64,000 nucleotides of DNA, from NCBI GenBank assembly GCA_035941045.1, contig DASZEK010000198.1:660-64659 (forward strand). Reading direction: 5' to 3'. Below the pieces are notes generated by a model. It made no database searches. It was not told where the DNA came from and saw nothing but the letters and a program-made list of their open reading frames with translations. The position numbers were made by a program, and so were the translations under genes. The stretch comes from Pyrinomonadaceae bacterium. GTDB taxonomy: Bacteria; Acidobacteriota; Blastocatellia; Pyrinomonadales; Pyrinomonadaceae. Below, one piece after another: positions 9,421 to 19,530 of this stretch (position 1 is the stretch's first letter; every line of letters begins with the position of its first letter).

Positions 9421-10755
9421 TCAGGAGGGCTCGTAGAAGCCCGCGCGGCGGTAGGACTCGTCGAGCAGCTCGACGGGGTGGCAGACGCGCAGGCTCATGC
9501 CGCCGAGAGACGCGCCCGCGGCAATCTGCATGTGACAGCCGGGGTTGCCGGTGGCGAGGACGGCGGCGCCCGTGTCGCGGACGCGCGCGAGTTTTTCGGA
9601 GAGCACGCGGGAGGAAAGCTCCGTCTCGACGAGGTTGTAGACGCCCGCGCCGCCGCAGCAAACATCGCTGCCTTCGAGCGGCACGAGTTGCAGGCCGGGC
9701 ACGGCGCCGAGCAGGCGGAGCGGCGCGGTGTGGGCCTTCTGGCCGTGGAGCAGGTGACACGAGGCGTCGTAGGTGGCGGCCTCGCCGTCGAGCGCCGCGC
9801 CCTCGCGGATGCCCGTGGCTTCGAGTTGTTGGCTCACGTCGCGGACGCGTGCGGCGAAGCGTGCGGCGCGCTCCTTGAAGTCGGGGTCGTCTTCGAGCAG
9901 GTGCGCGTAGGAGGCGAGCATGGCGCCGCAGCCGCCCGCGTTCGTGACGACGGGCACGCTCCCGTCGTCTTCAAAAGCCTCTACGTTACGCCGCGCGAGT
10001 CGGCGCGCGCCTTCGAGGTCGCCCGCGTGCGCGTGGAGCGCGCCGCAGCAGACCTGTCCGGCGGGCGCGTCGGCCCGGCAACCGTTCGCTTCGAGCACGC
10101 GGGCGGTGGCGCGGTTGACGCGCGCGAAGAGCCCTTCGGTGACGCAACCCTTGAAGAGCAGCGCGCCCGCCGGAGCGTGTGTCGTCTCGACGGCCTTCGC
10201 GGCGCCCTCTCGATTCCCGCCGAGCGGCGCGGGCGAGGAGCTGTCGAGGAGTGCGAGCGCGAGTTCGGCGCGCGCCGGGATGACGCGCGTCAGCTTCGAC
10301 TTGAGCAGGAGGCGCGGCAGGCGCGAGCCGCGCATCGCGCGCGCGAGGGCGAAGGCGAGGCGGAGGCGTGCGGGGTGCGGCCAGACGTTTCGGAGGAGCA
10401 GGTGCAGGAGCCTTGAGGTCCAGCCGCGCCGCGAGCCGCCCGTGACGATGTCGGAGCGCGCGGCCTCCAGAAGTTGTCCGTACTCGACGCCGGCCGGGCA
10501 GACGCTCTCGCAGGCGCGGCAGCCGAGGCAGCGGTCGATGTGGCGCGTGAAGGACGCGGAGTCGGGCGCGAGACGGCCTTCTTCGACGGCACGCATCAGG
10601 TAGAGTCGGCCGCGCGGGCTGTCGTTCTCGTCGCCCGTGTGGACGTAGGTCGGGCACGCTTCGAGGCAGAGTCCGCAATGGACGCAGGCGAGCAGCTTTC
10701 GCTCCTCACCTTCGAGCGCGCCCGCGAGTCTGTGATGCGACGTTGTCATCTTCAC
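9421..10755 (-). CDS. glcF: Glycolate oxidase iron-sulfur subunit
   Basis: 444 aa. Two ferredoxin-type clusters, CVHCGLCLEACPTY and CLGCRACESVCPAGV, followed by Cys-rich CCG-type repeats. The gene abuts the upstream glcD/E fusion gene with no gap. Confidence 0.85.
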   Translation of the reverse strand: MKMTTSHHRLAGALEGEERKLLACVHCGLCLEACPTYVHTGDENDSPRGRLYLMRAVEEGRLAPDSASFTRHIDRCLGCRACESVCPAGVEYGQLLEAARSDIVTGGSRRGWTSRLLHLLLRNVWPHPARLRLAFALARAMRGSRLPRLLLKSKLTRVIPARAELALALLDSSSPAPLGGNREGAAKAVETTHAPAGALLFKGCVTEGLFARVNRATARVLEANGCRADAPAGQVCCGALHAHAGDLEGARRLARRNVEAFEDDGSVPVVTNAGGCGAMLASYAHLLEDDPDFKERAARFAARVRDVSQQLEATGIREGAALDGEAATYDASCHLLHGQKAHTAPLRLLGAVPGLQLVPLEGSDVCCGGAGVYNLVETELSSRVLSEKLARVRDTGAAVLATGNPGCHMQIAAGASLGGMSLRVCHPVELLDESYRRAGFYEPS

Positions 10756-13332
10756 TCAAATGAAGCGGCCGGCCGAGAACAAATTCTCAGGGTCAAGCTG
10801 CGCCTTCATCCGGCCCACCAAAATCCTCACGGAATCCGTCAAGGAGGGCGAAAGGAGGCGACGAAAGACGGCGGCGTCGGCGTCGCTCAAACTCTCGGTC
10901 CCGAACACGTGCAGGCGTCCGTCGCCCGCGCCCGCGTGCCACATGAGGCCGGACGAGGCAGCGTCATTCAGGTTAAGTTCGGACAACAGCCGACCCAGTT
11001 CGGACGGCAACACTCGTGCTTGCCATGCGAGCTTGCCTTCGTTAACAAGCGGCGCGACGGCGAGTGCCTTCCAAAGCGGCGCGTCGTCCTCCATGATTTC
11101 TATGCCCTCACGGCCGGCGACCTCCTTTGTCATCTCGCGTGCGCGCTTGAGCTGGTATTCGACGGCGCCGGACGTGCCCGCGAAGCGTGCGAGCAAGTGA
11201 AACTCTTCCGGCTTGCCTTGGACCGTGAATGATGAAGCGAGTGCCGGTGAAACTATCTCGACGGCCGCGGGCAGGAGTTGAGACGAGACGAGCGCGCGCG
11301 CGGCTCGGAGCAGGGAACTAAGGTCGGCGGAGCGCGCGACGAGCGTCGCCTCGCGCGCCGGGCGCGGGCGGAGTTTGAAGGTCAGTTCGAGGATGACGCC
11401 GAGCGTGCCGCGGCTGCCGACGAAGAGCTTGCAGAGGTCGTAGCCGGCGACGTTCTTGACGACGCGGCTGCCGCAGTTGACGACGCGGCCGTCGGCGAGC
11501 AGCACGCGCATGCCGAGGACGTAGGAGCGCGGCATGCCGTAGCCGAGCGCCTGCGCGCCGCCTATCCCCACGGCCGCCACGCCGCCGAGCGTCGCGCGCC
11601 CGTCGTCGGGCGGGTCGAGCGGGAGCCACTGTCCGGCGCGACCGACCTCGCGGTTGAACTCTTCGAGCGTCACCCCCGCGCCCGCCGTCGCCACGAGGTC
11701 CGCCGGCTCGTGTCTTACTTCCCCCTTCATACGCGACGTTTGAAGGAGGACGTGCTCGCGCGTCAGCTCGTGCCCCGCGCCGAGCCACGTCCCGCCGCCC
11801 GCGGGGACGACGTTGCGGCCCGAGCTTGCGGCGTCACGCAAGACTTCGCGCGCCTCTTCGATTGAGTCGCGTGGGATTTGGAGACTGTCTTGCCTCGCGG
11901 CGGGTCGCGGCGCAGGCGCGTCCTTCGTCGAGACGGCGCGGCCCTCGCCGCAGCCCTTGAGGGCGGGGATTATCTTGCCGGGGTTGAAGAGGCCGGCGGG
12001 GTCGAAGGCGGCGCGCACTTGAAGCATCGCGCGCAGGTCGTCGTCCGAGAAGACGAGCGGCAGGTAGTCGCGCTTGTCGAGCCCGACGCCGTGCTCGCCC
12101 GTAATCGTCCCGCCCGCGCGCACGCACGTCTCCATGATTTCGCGGCCGGCGGCGCGCACGCGCTCGACCTGCGAGTGGTCGCGCGAGTCGAAGCAGATGA
12201 GCGGGTGCAGGTTGCCGTCGCCCGCGTGGAAGACGTTGGCGACGAGCAGTTGGTGCTCCGCGCCGATGCGGTAGGTGGCGGCGAGCACTTCGGGCAGGCG
12301 CGAGCGCGGCACGACCGCGTCTTGAATGAGGATGTCGGGCGAGACGCGGCCCATCGCGCCGAAGGCGCCCTTGCGCGCGGCCCAGAGCTTCTTGCGCTCA
12401 AGCTCGTCGGCCGCGAGCTTCACGGTGCGCGCGCCGTTCTGCGCGCAAATCTCGCGGACGCGCGCGACCTCTTCGTCAAGTCCCGCCTCCAGCCCGTCAA
12501 GCTCGACGAGCAGCGCGGCGCCCGCGTCCAAAGGCATCCCGGCGGCGAAGACGCTCGCCTCGACGGCGCGGATGGTCACGTTGTCAACCATCTCAAGCCC
12601 GGCGGGGATGATGCCGGCGGCGATGACGGCCGAGACGGCGCGGCTCGCGTCGTCTATGTCGGCGAAGTCCGCGAGCAGCGTCCGGACGGCGGGCGCGGAC
12701 GGCGTCAACCTCAGCGTCGCCTCGGTCGCGATACCGAACGTCCCCTCGGAGCCGACGAAGAGGCCGAGCAGGTCGTAGCCCGCCTGCCCCGCCGCGCCGC
12801 CCAATTCGACAATGCTTCCGTCCGACAACACGACGCGCGCGGCGAGGACGTGGTCCACGGTCGTGCCGTACTTCAGACAATGAATGCCGCCCGCGTTCTC
12901 CGCGATGTTGCCGCCGACGGTGCAGGAGCCCTGGCTCGAAGGGTCGGGCACGTAATGAAGCCCGTGGCGCTCGACGGCGCGCGAGACGTGCGCGTTGACG
13001 ACGCCCGTCTCGACGACCGCCAGCCTGTTCTCCACGTCAACTTTCAGGACGCGGCGCATCCTCGCCAGCTCGACGCAGACGCCGCCACCGACCGCCAGCG
13101 CCCCGCCCGACAGCCCCGTCCCGGCCCCGCGCGGCACGACGGGCACTCCCTCCTCCGCGAGCAAGCGCACGACGGCCACCACCTCTTCGGTCGAAGAAGG
13201 GAAGACGACGGCGCGCGGCCGGTGCTTGTAGTGCGTCAGGCCGTCGCACTCGTAGACCAGCAGCTCTTCGGGGTCGCTCAAGACCTGTCCGGCCTTGAGC
13301 ATGCCGCGCAATTTGTTGACGAGCGTGTCCAC
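10756..13332 (-). CDS. glcD: Fused FAD-linked glycolate oxidase subunits GlcD-GlcE (single 858-aa polypeptide)
   Basis: N-terminal ~458 aa look like GlcD (FAD-binding PCMH domain PRGAGTGLSGGA; C-terminal GEHGVGLDK ... FNPGKI). A Pro/Ala linker spans about aa 459-485. The C-terminal ~370 aa form a second FAD-binding PCMH domain of GlcE type (VVPAGGGTWLGAG ... VVKNVAGYDLCKLFVGSRGTLGVILE). Confidence 0.85.
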   Translation of the reverse strand: MDTLVNKLRGMLKAGQVLSDPEELLVYECDGLTHYKHRPRAVVFPSSTEEVVAVVRLLAEEGVPVVPRGAGTGLSGGALAVGGGVCVELARMRRVLKVDVENRLAVVETGVVNAHVSRAVERHGLHYVPDPSSQGSCTVGGNIAENAGGIHCLKYGTTVDHVLAARVVLSDGSIVELGGAAGQAGYDLLGLFVGSEGTFGIATEATLRLTPSAPAVRTLLADFADIDDASRAVSAVIAAGIIPAGLEMVDNVTIRAVEASVFAAGMPLDAGAALLVELDGLEAGLDEEVARVREICAQNGARTVKLAADELERKKLWAARKGAFGAMGRVSPDILIQDAVVPRSRLPEVLAATYRIGAEHQLLVANVFHAGDGNLHPLICFDSRDHSQVERVRAAGREIMETCVRAGGTITGEHGVGLDKRDYLPLVFSDDDLRAMLQVRAAFDPAGLFNPGKIIPALKGCGEGRAVSTKDAPAPRPAARQDSLQIPRDSIEEAREVLRDAASSGRNVVPAGGGTWLGAGHELTREHVLLQTSRMKGEVRHEPADLVATAGAGVTLEEFNREVGRAGQWLPLDPPDDGRATLGGVAAVGIGGAQALGYGMPRSYVLGMRVLLADGRVVNCGSRVVKNVAGYDLCKLFVGSRGTLGVILELTFKLRPRPAREATLVARSADLSSLLRAARALVSSQLLPAAVEIVSPALASSFTVQGKPEEFHLLARFAGTSGAVEYQLKRAREMTKEVAGREGIEIMEDDAPLWKALAVAPLVNEGKLAWQARVLPSELGRLLSELNLNDAASSGLMWHAGAGDGRLHVFGTESLSDADAAVFRRLLSPSLTDSVRILVGRMKAQLDPENLFSAGRFI

Positions 13333-13412
13333 AGGAATCTTCTACCGGAAGGCGACGGCCAGATGATACACTACGCGCCCGTCCGCCGAGTAACTGATTC
13401 AAAGGTTCAAAG

Positions 13413-15098
13413 ATGAGAGCAGGCCAGACCGCCGCTTCCTTCCTTCTCGCACTTCTCATGCTTACTTCCGACGCCGCCCCGGCCGCAGCGCAGGGGCCAA
13501 CCGCCGACCTCGTCATCTTCAACGCGAACGTGCGGACGATGGACGTCGGCCGCGCGTCGGCGGAAGCCGTCGCCGTCGTCGGCAACCGCATCGTCGCGGT
13601 CGGCACCACGGCGGAAGTTAAGAAGTATGCCGGGCCGCGCACGCGCGTCATAGACGCGAAGGGTGCGCTCGTCCTGCCGGGCTTCAACGACTCGCACACG
13701 CATTTCCTGTCGGGCGGGTTCCAGCTTTCGAGCGTTGATTTGCGCACGGCGGACACGCCGCAGGAGTTCGCCGAGCGCATCCGCCGCTTCTCGGAGAAGC
13801 TGCCCGCGGGGCGTTGGATAACGGGCGGCGACTGGGACCACGAGCGTTGGCCCGGCGCCCCGCTGCCGACGAAGGAGTTGATTGATTCCTTCACGCCCGA
13901 CCGCCCCGTCTTCGTCAACCGGCTCGACGGCCACATGGCGCTCGCCAACTCTCACGCGCTCAAGCTCGCGGGCGTCACGCGCGACACGCCCGACCCGCCC
14001 GGCGGCCTCGTCGTCCGCGACCCCGTTACGGGCGAGCCGACCGGCATCCTCAAAGACGCGGCGCAGAGCTTCGTCTGGAAAGTCATCCCCGAGCCGAGCT
14101 TTGACGAGAAGCTACAAGCGGCGCGCGCGGCGACCGCCCACGCGGCGAGCCTCGGCGTGACGAGCGTGCAGGACATGTCGGCGGGTGACAACGTCGGCGT
14201 CTACCAGACGTTGCTCGAACGCGGCGAGCTGAAGACGCGCGTTTACGCCGTCTCGCCTTTGCCCGACTGGCAGCGTTTGGGGCGCGTCGGCGTGCGCCGC
14301 GCCTTCGGCGGCGACATGCTGCGCATCGGCGGACTCAAGGGCTTCGCCGACGGCAGCCTCGGCTCGACCACCGCCCTCTTCTTCGAGCCCTACCTCGACG
14401 CGCCGCAGACGACGGGGCTGCCCGGCGACGAGATGTTCCCCGAAGGCGAGATGCTTAAGCGCGTCCGCGACGCCGACCGCGCCGGACTCCAGGTCATGAT
14501 TCACGCCATCGGCGACAAGGCCAACGACACCATCCTCTCCATCTACGAGCAGGCGGCGCGCGAGAACGGCGAGCGCGACCGGCGCTTCCGCGTCGAGCAC
14601 GCGCAGCACCTCCGGCCTTCCGAGATTCAACGCTTCGGCCGCGACAAAGTCGTCGCCTCGATGCAGCCTTACCACTGCATCGACGACGGCCGCTCGGCCG
14701 AGAAGCGCATCGGCCCGGCGCGGGCGAAAGGCACTTACGCCTTCCGCTCGCTGCTCGACGCGGGCGCCGTCCTCGCCTTCGGCTCCGACTGGACGGTCGC
14801 GCCGCTCGACCCGTTGCAAGGCGTCTACGCCGCCGTCACCCGCCGCACGCTCGACGGCAAGCACCCCGGCGGCTGGGTGCCCGAGCAGAAGATAACCGTC
14901 GAAGAAGCAGTCCGCGCGTACACGGTCGGCTCGGCCTTCGCCGAGTTCGCCGAGGGCGCGAAGGGCACCATCACGCCGGGCAAGCTGGCCGACCTCGTCA
15001 TACTCACCGAGGACATCTTTAAAATCGACCCCGCGAACATCGAGAAGGTGCGCGTGAGCGTGACTATCATGGACGGCCGCGTCGTCTACGAGAGGTGA
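13413..15098 (+). CDS. Secreted metal-dependent amidohydrolase (Amidohydro_3 type)
   Basis: 561 aa. Signal peptide [27 protein letters not shown]. HxH site [10 protein letters not shown]. Internal IHAIGD and C-terminal GSDW motifs are typical of this family. Confidence 0.8.
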   Translation: MRAGQTAASFLLALLMLTSDAAPAAAQGPTADLVIFNANVRTMDVGRASAEAVAVVGNRIVAVGTTAEVKKYAGPRTRVIDAKGALVLPGFNDSHTHFLSGGFQLSSVDLRTADTPQEFAERIRRFSEKLPAGRWITGGDWDHERWPGAPLPTKELIDSFTPDRPVFVNRLDGHMALANSHALKLAGVTRDTPDPPGGLVVRDPVTGEPTGILKDAAQSFVWKVIPEPSFDEKLQAARAATAHAASLGVTSVQDMSAGDNVGVYQTLLERGELKTRVYAVSPLPDWQRLGRVGVRRAFGGDMLRIGGLKGFADGSLGSTTALFFEPYLDAPQTTGLPGDEMFPEGEMLKRVRDADRAGLQVMIHAIGDKANDTILSIYEQAARENGERDRRFRVEHAQHLRPSEIQRFGRDKVVASMQPYHCIDDGRSAEKRIGPARAKGTYAFRSLLDAGAVLAFGSDWTVAPLDPLQGVYAAVTRRTLDGKHPGGWVPEQKITVEEAVRAYTVGSAFAEFAEGAKGTITPGKLADLVILTEDIFKIDPANIEKVRVSVTIMDGRVVYER

Positions 15099-15104
15099 GG
15101 CGAG

Positions 15105-16376
15105 TTGGAGATAACCATCCTCGACGGCCTGCGCGCCGTCAAGTTCGACCTCATCATGACGCTCGCGCTGGCGGCCCTCTCGCTCTTCGCCGGGTCGTGG
15201 ATACAGAGGCGCGTCCGCTTCCTCGAACGTTCGAGCATCCCGGCGGCGGCCGTCGGCGGGCTCCTCTTCGCGCTTCTCGTCCTCGTGTCGAGAATGACGG
15301 GGGCGCTGGCCGTCACGCTCGACACGAGCTTGCGCGCGCCGCTCCAGAACGCCTTCTTCACGACCATCGGACTGGGCGCGACCCTCTCGCTGCTACGCGC
15401 GGGCGGATGGCGGATGGGCTTCTTCTGGCTGATAGCGACGGGCACGGCGCTGGTGCAGAACGCGGTCGGGATGGGGCTCGCGGGCGCGTTGGGGGCGCCG
15501 ACCGCGCTCGGCATCATCTGCGGCGCGCTGACGCTGACGGGCGGCCCCTCGACGGGGCTGGCGTGGGCGGGCGAGTTCGAGAAGCTGGGCATCCAAGGCG
15601 CCGGCTCGCTCATCATCGCCTCGGCGCTCTTCGGCATCTTCGTCGCCTGCCTCGTCGGCAACCCCGTAGCCACCTTACTGATTCGGCGCTTCAAGCTGGC
15701 GAAGGCTCGTGAAGAGAACACGGCCGGGCCGGGCGAGGAGGAGTTCTGGGCTTTAAGCCCGACGGTCAACAGGGACGACGACCGCCGCGACGAAGAAAGG
15801 CGGGAAGAGAAGTTGACGGGCGGCGTGCTGCTTCACAACCTGCTTCTCATCCTCGCCGTGATGGGGCTCGGGGCCGTCGTGAGCTTCTGGCTCAAAGGCG
15901 CGGGCGTGACGATGCCGGACTACATCGGCGCGATGGTCTTCGCGGCGCTGCTGAGAAACGTTGACGAGAGGACGGGCTGGTTCCGGCTCGACGCGCGGGC
16001 GGTCGAAATCCTCGGCGGCATCGCGCTGGCGCTCTTCCTCGTCATCGCGCTCATGAGTCTGGAGCTTTGGAAGATTGCGGGCCTCGCGCTGCCGATGGTC
16101 GTCATCCTCTCGGTGCAGGTCGTCGTGACGGTCGCCTACGCCGTGCTGACGAGCTTCCTGCTGATGGGGCGCGACTACGAGGCGGCCGTGACGACGAGCG
16201 GCCACATCGGCTTCGGGCTGGGGACGACGCCGAACGCCGTCGCCAACATGGAGGCGTTGACGGCGCGCTACGCGCCGGCCCCGCGCAGCTTCCTCGTCGT
16301 GCCCGTCGTCGGCGCCTTCTTCATCGACCTCTCGAACCTGCTCGTCATCACCGCCTTCGTCAACTTCATCCGCTGA
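15105..16376 (+). CDS. gltS: Sodium/glutamate symporter (ESS family)
   Basis: 423 aa polytopic membrane protein. Its N-terminus (ITILDGLRAVKFDLIMTLALAALSLFAGSWIQRRVRFLERSSIPAAAVGGLLFALL) and overall layout match GltS. The start is TTG, preceded by GAGGTGAGG. Confidence 0.75.
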   Translation: MEITILDGLRAVKFDLIMTLALAALSLFAGSWIQRRVRFLERSSIPAAAVGGLLFALLVLVSRMTGALAVTLDTSLRAPLQNAFFTTIGLGATLSLLRAGGWRMGFFWLIATGTALVQNAVGMGLAGALGAPTALGIICGALTLTGGPSTGLAWAGEFEKLGIQGAGSLIIASALFGIFVACLVGNPVATLLIRRFKLAKAREENTAGPGEEEFWALSPTVNRDDDRRDEERREEKLTGGVLLHNLLLILAVMGLGAVVSFWLKGAGVTMPDYIGAMVFAALLRNVDERTGWFRLDARAVEILGGIALALFLVIALMSLELWKIAGLALPMVVILSVQVVVTVAYAVLTSFLLMGRDYEAAVTTSGHIGFGLGTTPNAVANMEALTARYAPAPRSFLVVPVVGAFFIDLSNLLVITAFVNFIR

Positions 16377-16381
16377 CCGCC

Positions 16382-17335
16382 ATGAAACTCATCGCCGCCG
16401 CCTTGCTCGCCGCCTTCTTCGCCGTCCCTTCGTTCGCGCAGGCCAACGTCAAGACGCAGTCCGTCATGCCGGCGCAGTCCGAGCGGCTGCAACGCGTCGT
16501 GGACGAGGCGTCGCGCGAGGCCCTTGCGCGCTTCGGGCCGAAGGGGCTGCAAGAGAAGAATCTCGCCGTCACGCTCATCGACGTGACCGACCCGCGGAAG
16601 CCGGAGCGCGGGAGCTTCCGCGGCTCCGAGCCCATCTACCCGGCCAGCGTCGTCAAGCTCTTCTACCTCGCGGCGGCGCACCGCTGGCTCGAAGACGGGC
16701 GCCTGAAGCAGACGGCGGAGTTGGACCGCGCTCTCAAGGACATGATAGTGGAGTCGTCAAACGACGCGACGCACTTCGTCTTAGACGCCTTGACCGGCGT
16801 CTCGAACGGCGCCGAGCTTTCGCCCTCCGAGATGAAGGAGTGGGCCGAGAAGCGCAACGCCGTCAACCGCTACTTCGCCGCGCTCGGCTACGCGGGAATC
16901 AACGTCAACCAGAAGCCGTGGTGCGAGGGGCCGTACGGGCGCGAGCGCCAGTTCCTCGGCGAGAAATTCGAGAACCGCAACAAGCTGACGACCGACGCCA
17001 CCGCCCTCCTGCTCGCCGAAATCGCCACCGGCCGCGCCGTCACCCCAGCGCGCAGCGCCCTCATGCTCGACCTCATGAAGCGCGACTTCTCCGGCACCTC
17101 CGCCGACCCCGACGACCAGGCGCACGGCTTCACCGGCCTCGCGCTTGAGGCGGGGACGCGCTACTGGTCCAAGGCCGGCTGGACGAGCACGACGCGCCAC
17201 GACGCCGCCTACCTCGAACTCGCCTCGGGGCGCCGCCTCGTCCTCGTCACCTTCACCACCGACAACGCCAAAGAGCGCGACATCATCCCGACCGTCGCGC
17301 GCGCGGTGATAAAAGCGATGACGAAAACCGAATAA
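16382..17335 (+). CDS. Secreted serine hydrolase, class A beta-lactamase-like fold
   Basis: Signal peptide MKLIAAALLAAFFAVPSFAQA starts at ATG 16382. SxxK motif (PASVVKLFY) and SxN motif (ESSNDAT) are present. The long upstream part of ORF 16067 overlaps gltS and was rejected. Confidence 0.65.
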   Translation: MKLIAAALLAAFFAVPSFAQANVKTQSVMPAQSERLQRVVDEASREALARFGPKGLQEKNLAVTLIDVTDPRKPERGSFRGSEPIYPASVVKLFYLAAAHRWLEDGRLKQTAELDRALKDMIVESSNDATHFVLDALTGVSNGAELSPSEMKEWAEKRNAVNRYFAALGYAGINVNQKPWCEGPYGRERQFLGEKFENRNKLTTDATALLLAEIATGRAVTPARSALMLDLMKRDFSGTSADPDDQAHGFTGLALEAGTRYWSKAGWTSTTRHDAAYLELASGRRLVLVTFTTDNAKERDIIPTVARAVIKAMTKTE

Positions 17336-17339
17336 GGGG

Positions 17340-17996
17340 CTACTGCTTCTGGGCCAGGATGATTGATTTGGTCCAGCCGATGGGCTCGATGGGGTGGAAG
17401 CGGTGGTGCTCGATGACGCGGAAGAGGCGGCGAGTGTGGGCCTCGACGGCGTCGGGCGGGTGCGCCTTGAAGCGGAACATGAGTTCGAGCACGGTGCTCA
17501 TGTGCGAGGGCCTGACGGGCAGGAACAGGAGGTGGCCGCCCGGAGCGATGACGCGGGCCAACTCGCCCAAGCCCTTGTCGAGCGGGAGGTATTCGAGCAC
17601 GCCGCTCGTCACGACGAGGTCGAAGCAGTCTTCGGGGAAGGGCAGCGAGAGCGCGTCGGCCTGTAGAAAGGTGATGCGGTGGCGCGGGTCGGGCCGGAGC
17701 TTGCGGACGGCCTTGCGCGCCGTCTGGAGCGAGCGGCCCGAGAGGTCAACGGCCGTCAGGTTCGCGGGCCGCTTGAGCACTCTCAGAAGGGCCAGCGTCA
17801 GCAAGCCCGTCCCGCAGCCGGCGTCGAGGACGCGCGCGCCGGTCGAGAGCGGCAGCGGCGTCTCCTTCAAGTATCTCTCGATGGAGAGCCCGTACCCGTT
17901 GACCCGGAACATCAGGTCGTAGAGGCTCGTGAAGCGGTCGTAGATCGAGACCGGGCTGTCGGGTAACGCCGTGGTTGTGGCCTGGTTCTGGCTCAT
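17340..17996 (-). CDS. Class I SAM-dependent methyltransferase
   Basis: Motif I VLDAGCGTGLLTLAL, followed by later acidic and post-I motifs (DLVVTSGVLEYL). ATG 17996 (MSQNQ...) was chosen. Confidence 0.8.
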   Translation of the reverse strand: MSQNQATTTALPDSPVSIYDRFTSLYDLMFRVNGYGLSIERYLKETPLPLSTGARVLDAGCGTGLLTLALLRVLKRPANLTAVDLSGRSLQTARKAVRKLRPDPRHRITFLQADALSLPFPEDCFDLVVTSGVLEYLPLDKGLGELARVIAPGGHLLFLPVRPSHMSTVLELMFRFKAHPPDAVEAHTRRLFRVIEHHRFHPIEPIGWTKSIILAQKQ

Positions 17997-18203
17997 CCGC
18001 CTCTCGCTTGGTCGCTCACAAAGTTCTGCCGCTCGGGGTACAGTCCAGAATGCTGACTGTCGTGGGTGCGCAAAAGTTAACACAAATGTCCTATTTTTCT
18101 AAGGACCGGGGCGCGCTTCGGCCCGGCGGGCGCCTAGTGTTACCATGTCGGGCCAGACCCCGAAGCTCTGGTTTTAAGAAAATTTCCGACGGTGCGAACC
18201 TGA

Positions 18204-18956
18204 ATGAGTCCGAAACCGAACGCGGCCCCGAAGAACCGCTACCTCCCGTTCGTCATCATCGGCGCCGTGCTGGTCGCCGCCCTGCTCGCCCTGCTCTGGC
18301 TCACGCGCTCCGACGGCGAGAGCCCCGCGGCGAACACGCCGAACGCCAACGCCAACCAGCGCGCGGCCTCGAACGCCCCGAACGTGCCGGCCGGCCCGCG
18401 CCGCGGCGAGCAGCCGGGCGCCCCCAACCCGCACTTCCGCGGCGGCGCTTCAGCCCCGGTGACGCTAGAAGAGTTCGGCGACTTCCAATGTCCGCCGTGC
18501 GGGCGCCTCTACGCCTCGCTGAAAAAGATAGAGCACGACTACGGCGACCGCCTCAAAGTCGTCTTCCGCAACTACCCGCTCCAGCAGATGCACAAGAACG
18601 CCTTCTCGGCCGCCCGCGCCGCCGAGGCCGCCGGCCTCCAGGGCAAGTTCTTCGAGATGCACGACCTGCTCTACGAGAACCAGACCGAGTGGGGCGAGTC
18701 GCCCGAGCCGCGACCCATCTACACCGACTACGCGAACCGCATCGGCCTCAACGTCGAGAAGTTCCTCGCCGACATGGCGCGGCAGGATGTGGCCGACCGC
18801 ATTCAGGCCGACTTCAACCGCGGCTCCTCGCTCGGCGTCCGAGGCACGCCCACCGTCTTCCTCAACGGCCGCGAGCTGAACGCCAACGACACCCTCGACG
18901 ACCAGAAGCTCCGCGCGCAGATTGACGCCGCCTTCGCCGCCGTCGGCGGCAAGTAG
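18204..18956 (+). CDS. Membrane-anchored DsbA-like thioredoxin-fold thiol:disulfide oxidoreductase
   Basis: 250 aa. N-terminal TM helix YLPFVIIGAVLVAALLALLWL. CxxC active site FGDFQCPPCGRLY. DsbA-like helical insertion. Confidence 0.8.
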   Translation: MSPKPNAAPKNRYLPFVIIGAVLVAALLALLWLTRSDGESPAANTPNANANQRAASNAPNVPAGPRRGEQPGAPNPHFRGGASAPVTLEEFGDFQCPPCGRLYASLKKIEHDYGDRLKVVFRNYPLQQMHKNAFSAARAAEAAGLQGKFFEMHDLLYENQTEWGESPEPRPIYTDYANRIGLNVEKFLADMARQDVADRIQADFNRGSSLGVRGTPTVFLNGRELNANDTLDDQKLRAQIDAAFAAVGGK

Positions 18957-18977
18957 GCTCAGAGGAGGTCTGAAAGC

Positions 18978-19448
18978 TTGTACGAAGACGAGGCCGAACA
19001 GCCTGACGCGGGGCGCGGCTCGCGCCTTTGGGACGCCGTCTCGGCCGTCCTCGCGCTCGCGGGCGTGGCCGACTCACTCTATTTGACGACGGAACACCTC
19101 GCGGGCCGCAGCGTCCGCTGCGTCGTCGTGTCGGGCTGCGACACGGTCCTCTCAAGCGCCTACTCCACGGTCGCCGGAGACATCCCCCTCGCAGCCCTCG
19201 GCGCCGCCGCCTACTTCGCCGCCTTCAGCCTCGCGACGCTCGCCTACTTCGGCTACGAGCGCGCCCGCGCCCTCCTCGGCCTGCTCGCCGCCCTGATGTT
19301 CGCCGCCACCCTCTGGCTCCTCTACGTTCAGGCGTTCGTCCTCCACGCCTTCTGCGCCTACTGCCTGCTCTCGGCCGCCCTGACGACGTGCCTCGCCTTC
19401 ATCGCGCTCGGCCGGCGCCTCCTCGCGGGCAAACCGAGGCTGTCTTAA
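18978..19448 (+). CDS. Vitamin K epoxide reductase (VKOR) family membrane protein
   Basis: 156 aa with about 4 TM helices. Loop cysteine pair CVVVSGC and membrane CxxC (FCAYCLLSA), as in bacterial VKOR homologues. The start is TTG, 21 nt after the DsbA-like gene. Confidence 0.75.
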   Translation: MYEDEAEQPDAGRGSRLWDAVSAVLALAGVADSLYLTTEHLAGRSVRCVVVSGCDTVLSSAYSTVAGDIPLAALGAAAYFAAFSLATLAYFGYERARALLGLLAALMFAATLWLLYVQAFVLHAFCAYCLLSAALTTCLAFIALGRRLLAGKPRLS

Positions 19449-19530
19449 AAACGCCGCCCCCACCCGCAAGACGGCCGTCCCCCGCGCGTTCTGACGGCGC
19501 AGGAGTTTTCTACCCGCCGGGAGGTGCGTC

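Noticed and set aside
11878-13416. 512-aa plus-strand ORF opposite the glcD-glcE fusion gene (and 6599-7816 opposite the TPR gene, 44461-45423 opposite the AI-2E gene)
   Set aside because: Same reasoning applies. These are antisense to genes with strong family motifs, have low-complexity translations, and lack a plausible RBS.
16067-16381. 105-codon upstream extension of the beta-lactamase-like ORF
   Set aside because: It overlaps the 3' end of gltS in another frame. The signal peptide begins at ATG 16382, just after the gltS stop.
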